Source of the DNA: Asterionella formosa
Taxonomy: Eukaryota
DNA length: 34,466 nucleotides
Direction of reading: 5' to 3'
NCBI GenBank assembly: GCA_002256025.1
Contig: NKIB01000215.1
Span: 1 to 34,466 of the forward strand
How positions within the stretch are numbered: position 1 is the first letter of the stretch; each line of letters opens with the position of its first letter. Shown in pieces: positions 32,603-34,466 of this stretch. The notes under the pieces are model-generated. The model saw nothing but the letters and a program-made list of their open reading frames with translations. It ran no database searches and was not told where the DNA came from. The position numbers and the translations under genes were made by a program.

Positions 32603-33275
32603 GGCTATTGCTTGGCAGAAGCGATAAAAGGTTGCAGTCTTATTGTACGTTGCCCGGGTGGTTGATGAACAGATCGATGACGATCGAGGGGCGGAGCAAT
32701 GAAATGATCGGCTGTAACTGACGCCCTTGATGTGATAGTTAGTATTGTTACCTGGAGTACCAGGTAAACAGGTAACCTAACCAGGGTACCTGGTACTTGG
32801 TACCAGGTAACAGGTACCTACCGGTAGTAGACTGGTTTTCGGAAGGGCAGACAACCGGTACATAATACCGGTATTGGTACCCTGGTACCAGGTACGGAGC
32901 AGTAAGAATAACCGGTGCTGGTGGTGCATCATGAAATCCTCCTCCATTCCGCCCGATGGCTAATGCACAGGAGTACGATTTTAAATGCAGCAAACATGCA
33001 TACCCCAGTAAATGGAAAGCTGTACTATGTCGTCACACACGATCAGATCATGACGATGCAACCTGTGTAATCCATCATTTTCATTACAGTGTTTCATATC
33101 AGATAGCGATTTAGACACAAAACATTATATTTCTGCCAAAATGAAGATTCAAAGCAATCTCTCTTGATTTGGCTGATTAAATGGATTAAGAACTATGTAA
33201 TAAAGCAATTGGGGACACTATTATTGTTACCCAACCAAGCTGAAAATTGAATAGGCTTGATTCTGATTTGGTTGC

Positions 33276-34465
33276 TTACTTCAGTGGTGCTCTTGTAGGA
33301 CTCTTGGTTGTAGGCCTTTTGGTAGGACTCTTGGTTGTGGGTCTTTTGGTAGGACTCTTGGTTGTAGGTCTTTTGGTAGGACTCTTGGTTGTAGGTCTTT
33401 TGGTAGGACTCTTGGTTGTAGGCCTTTTGGTAGGACTCTTGGTTGTTGGTCTTTTGGTAGGACTCTTGGTTGTAGGTCTTTTGGTAGGACTCTTGGTTGT
33501 AGGCCTTTTGGTAGGACTCTTGGTTGTTGGACTATTGGTGGGACTCTTGGTTGTAGGCCTTTTGGTAGGACTATTGGTTGTAGGACTTGTTGTAGTACGA
33601 GTGGGACTCTTAGTTGTTGGACTTTTGGTGGGACTCTTAGTTGCAGGACTCTTGGTTGGGTAGGGGGTTGTAAAATTCTTCGCCACTGGTATCACAAATA
33701 AAGTAGACACTGCATTTCCTATTTGAGCACCCATGGTGGATGAAATTAGGATATCTCCAGTATTAAACTTTGCAACAATTTGGAAGTTTCCATTTCCGGC
33801 AAGACCTGGGATAATAAGAGATGCATCATAGTATGTGAGATCAAAAATGTAAATAAAATAAAATTGCTGATAAAGATGCACATGAAAAGAGCAAGCTCAC
33901 CATTGCCACCAGTATCTAGTAACGTGAAATTAAGGGACGTCCCACTATCCACAATAACAGTTTCCAACACAAGCTCATACGGAACTAGCCACGAGCCTGA
34001 TACTTTGTTGATAAGTACCGTATTAGTATTTGTTTGTCGAAGCTCGTAACCGATCTCCCATGGTGATTGATCCATTTGAATTGTAATCCGAAGCTTAGCC
34101 TGTTGCGATCCCAAAGGCACTGGGGCTGGAATGCAATAACTCGGTTTATCTTGTGAATAAAGACAAATGCTTTGCCGGATCCAAGAAGTGGCAGATGACA
34201 CTCGACTGTAAACTCCAGGTGAAAGTGGATCGGCGCATCCGTCTCCCCAACTAGTTAAACCAACTTGATTGCCATTTGTATCCAAGAGTGGGCCTCCACT
34301 ATCCCCTTGACAAGCATCCTTTCCTCCAGCAGTATAACCTGCACATAACATATTTTTCGGAAAATACCTCGAGGCACCCAATTGTTGGCTGCAAATCACG
34401 TCACTTACCTTTGGAACTTTCACCTCTTGTAAGAACGGTGGAAATGTGGTTCGGAGAAAAATGCC
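33276..34465 (-). CDS. Trypsin-like serine protease (S1A) with C-terminal beta domain and Thr/Pro/Lys-rich tail; 5' end outside the window
   Basis: MLCAG...[13 protein letters not shown] (catalytic Ser, trypsin-type Asp), [19 protein letters not shown]. The intron 33900-33806 (GTGAGC...CCCAG, phase 1) joins [16 protein letters not shown]. Confidence 0.93.
33291..33662 (-). repeat. Coding tandem repeat: 15-bp subunits in a 30-bp higher-order unit encoding (PTTKSPTKR)n
   Basis: On the plus strand (CTTTTGGTAGGACTCTTGGTTGTAGGY)n, with degenerate flanking units. Confidence 0.95.
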
Positions 34466-34466
34466 T

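Noticed and set aside
33247..33663. 138-aa (VGLL)n ORF on the + strand
   Set aside because: Antisense shadow of the PTTKSPTKR coding repeat.

Overview
Eukaryotic, gene-dense nuclear DNA, almost certainly from a diatom. The evidence is short GT-AG introns, bipartite signal + 'AF' plastid-targeting motifs, a diatom-type type-II-membrane LRR protein, two members of the diatom 'V.F...WY...RGLE' family and a trypsin with a PT-rich tail. I can support about 14 protein-coding genes: a DUF1769/PH/DUF547 fusion, NDUFA5 plus a divergent tandem NDUFA5-like unit, a spliced Pro-1 tautomerase/MIF-like protein that the ORF track shows only as two fragments, an LCM-family methyltransferase, NCA2/DGS1, an LRR protein, a GT61 glycosyltransferase, a plastid-targeted hypothetical, two RGLE-family paralogs, a rhodanese, Tic21/PIC1 (DUF3611) and a 5'-truncated trypsin. 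The first ~4 kb and 25.3-28.9 kb are gene-free and hold decayed ORFs, a ~200-bp degenerate satellite, a 20-bp minisatellite and a probable pogo-like transposase remnant. Two signals remain unexplained. (1) The palindromes TACCGGTA and TACCWGGTA are strongly over-represented and occur only outside intact coding exons; they could be HIP1-like iterated palindromes or stacked transposon footprints. (2) An unassigned, densely base-paired ~230-nt element at 1564-1792 looks like a structured RNA. All family assignments come from motif recognition by eye; no database search was run.
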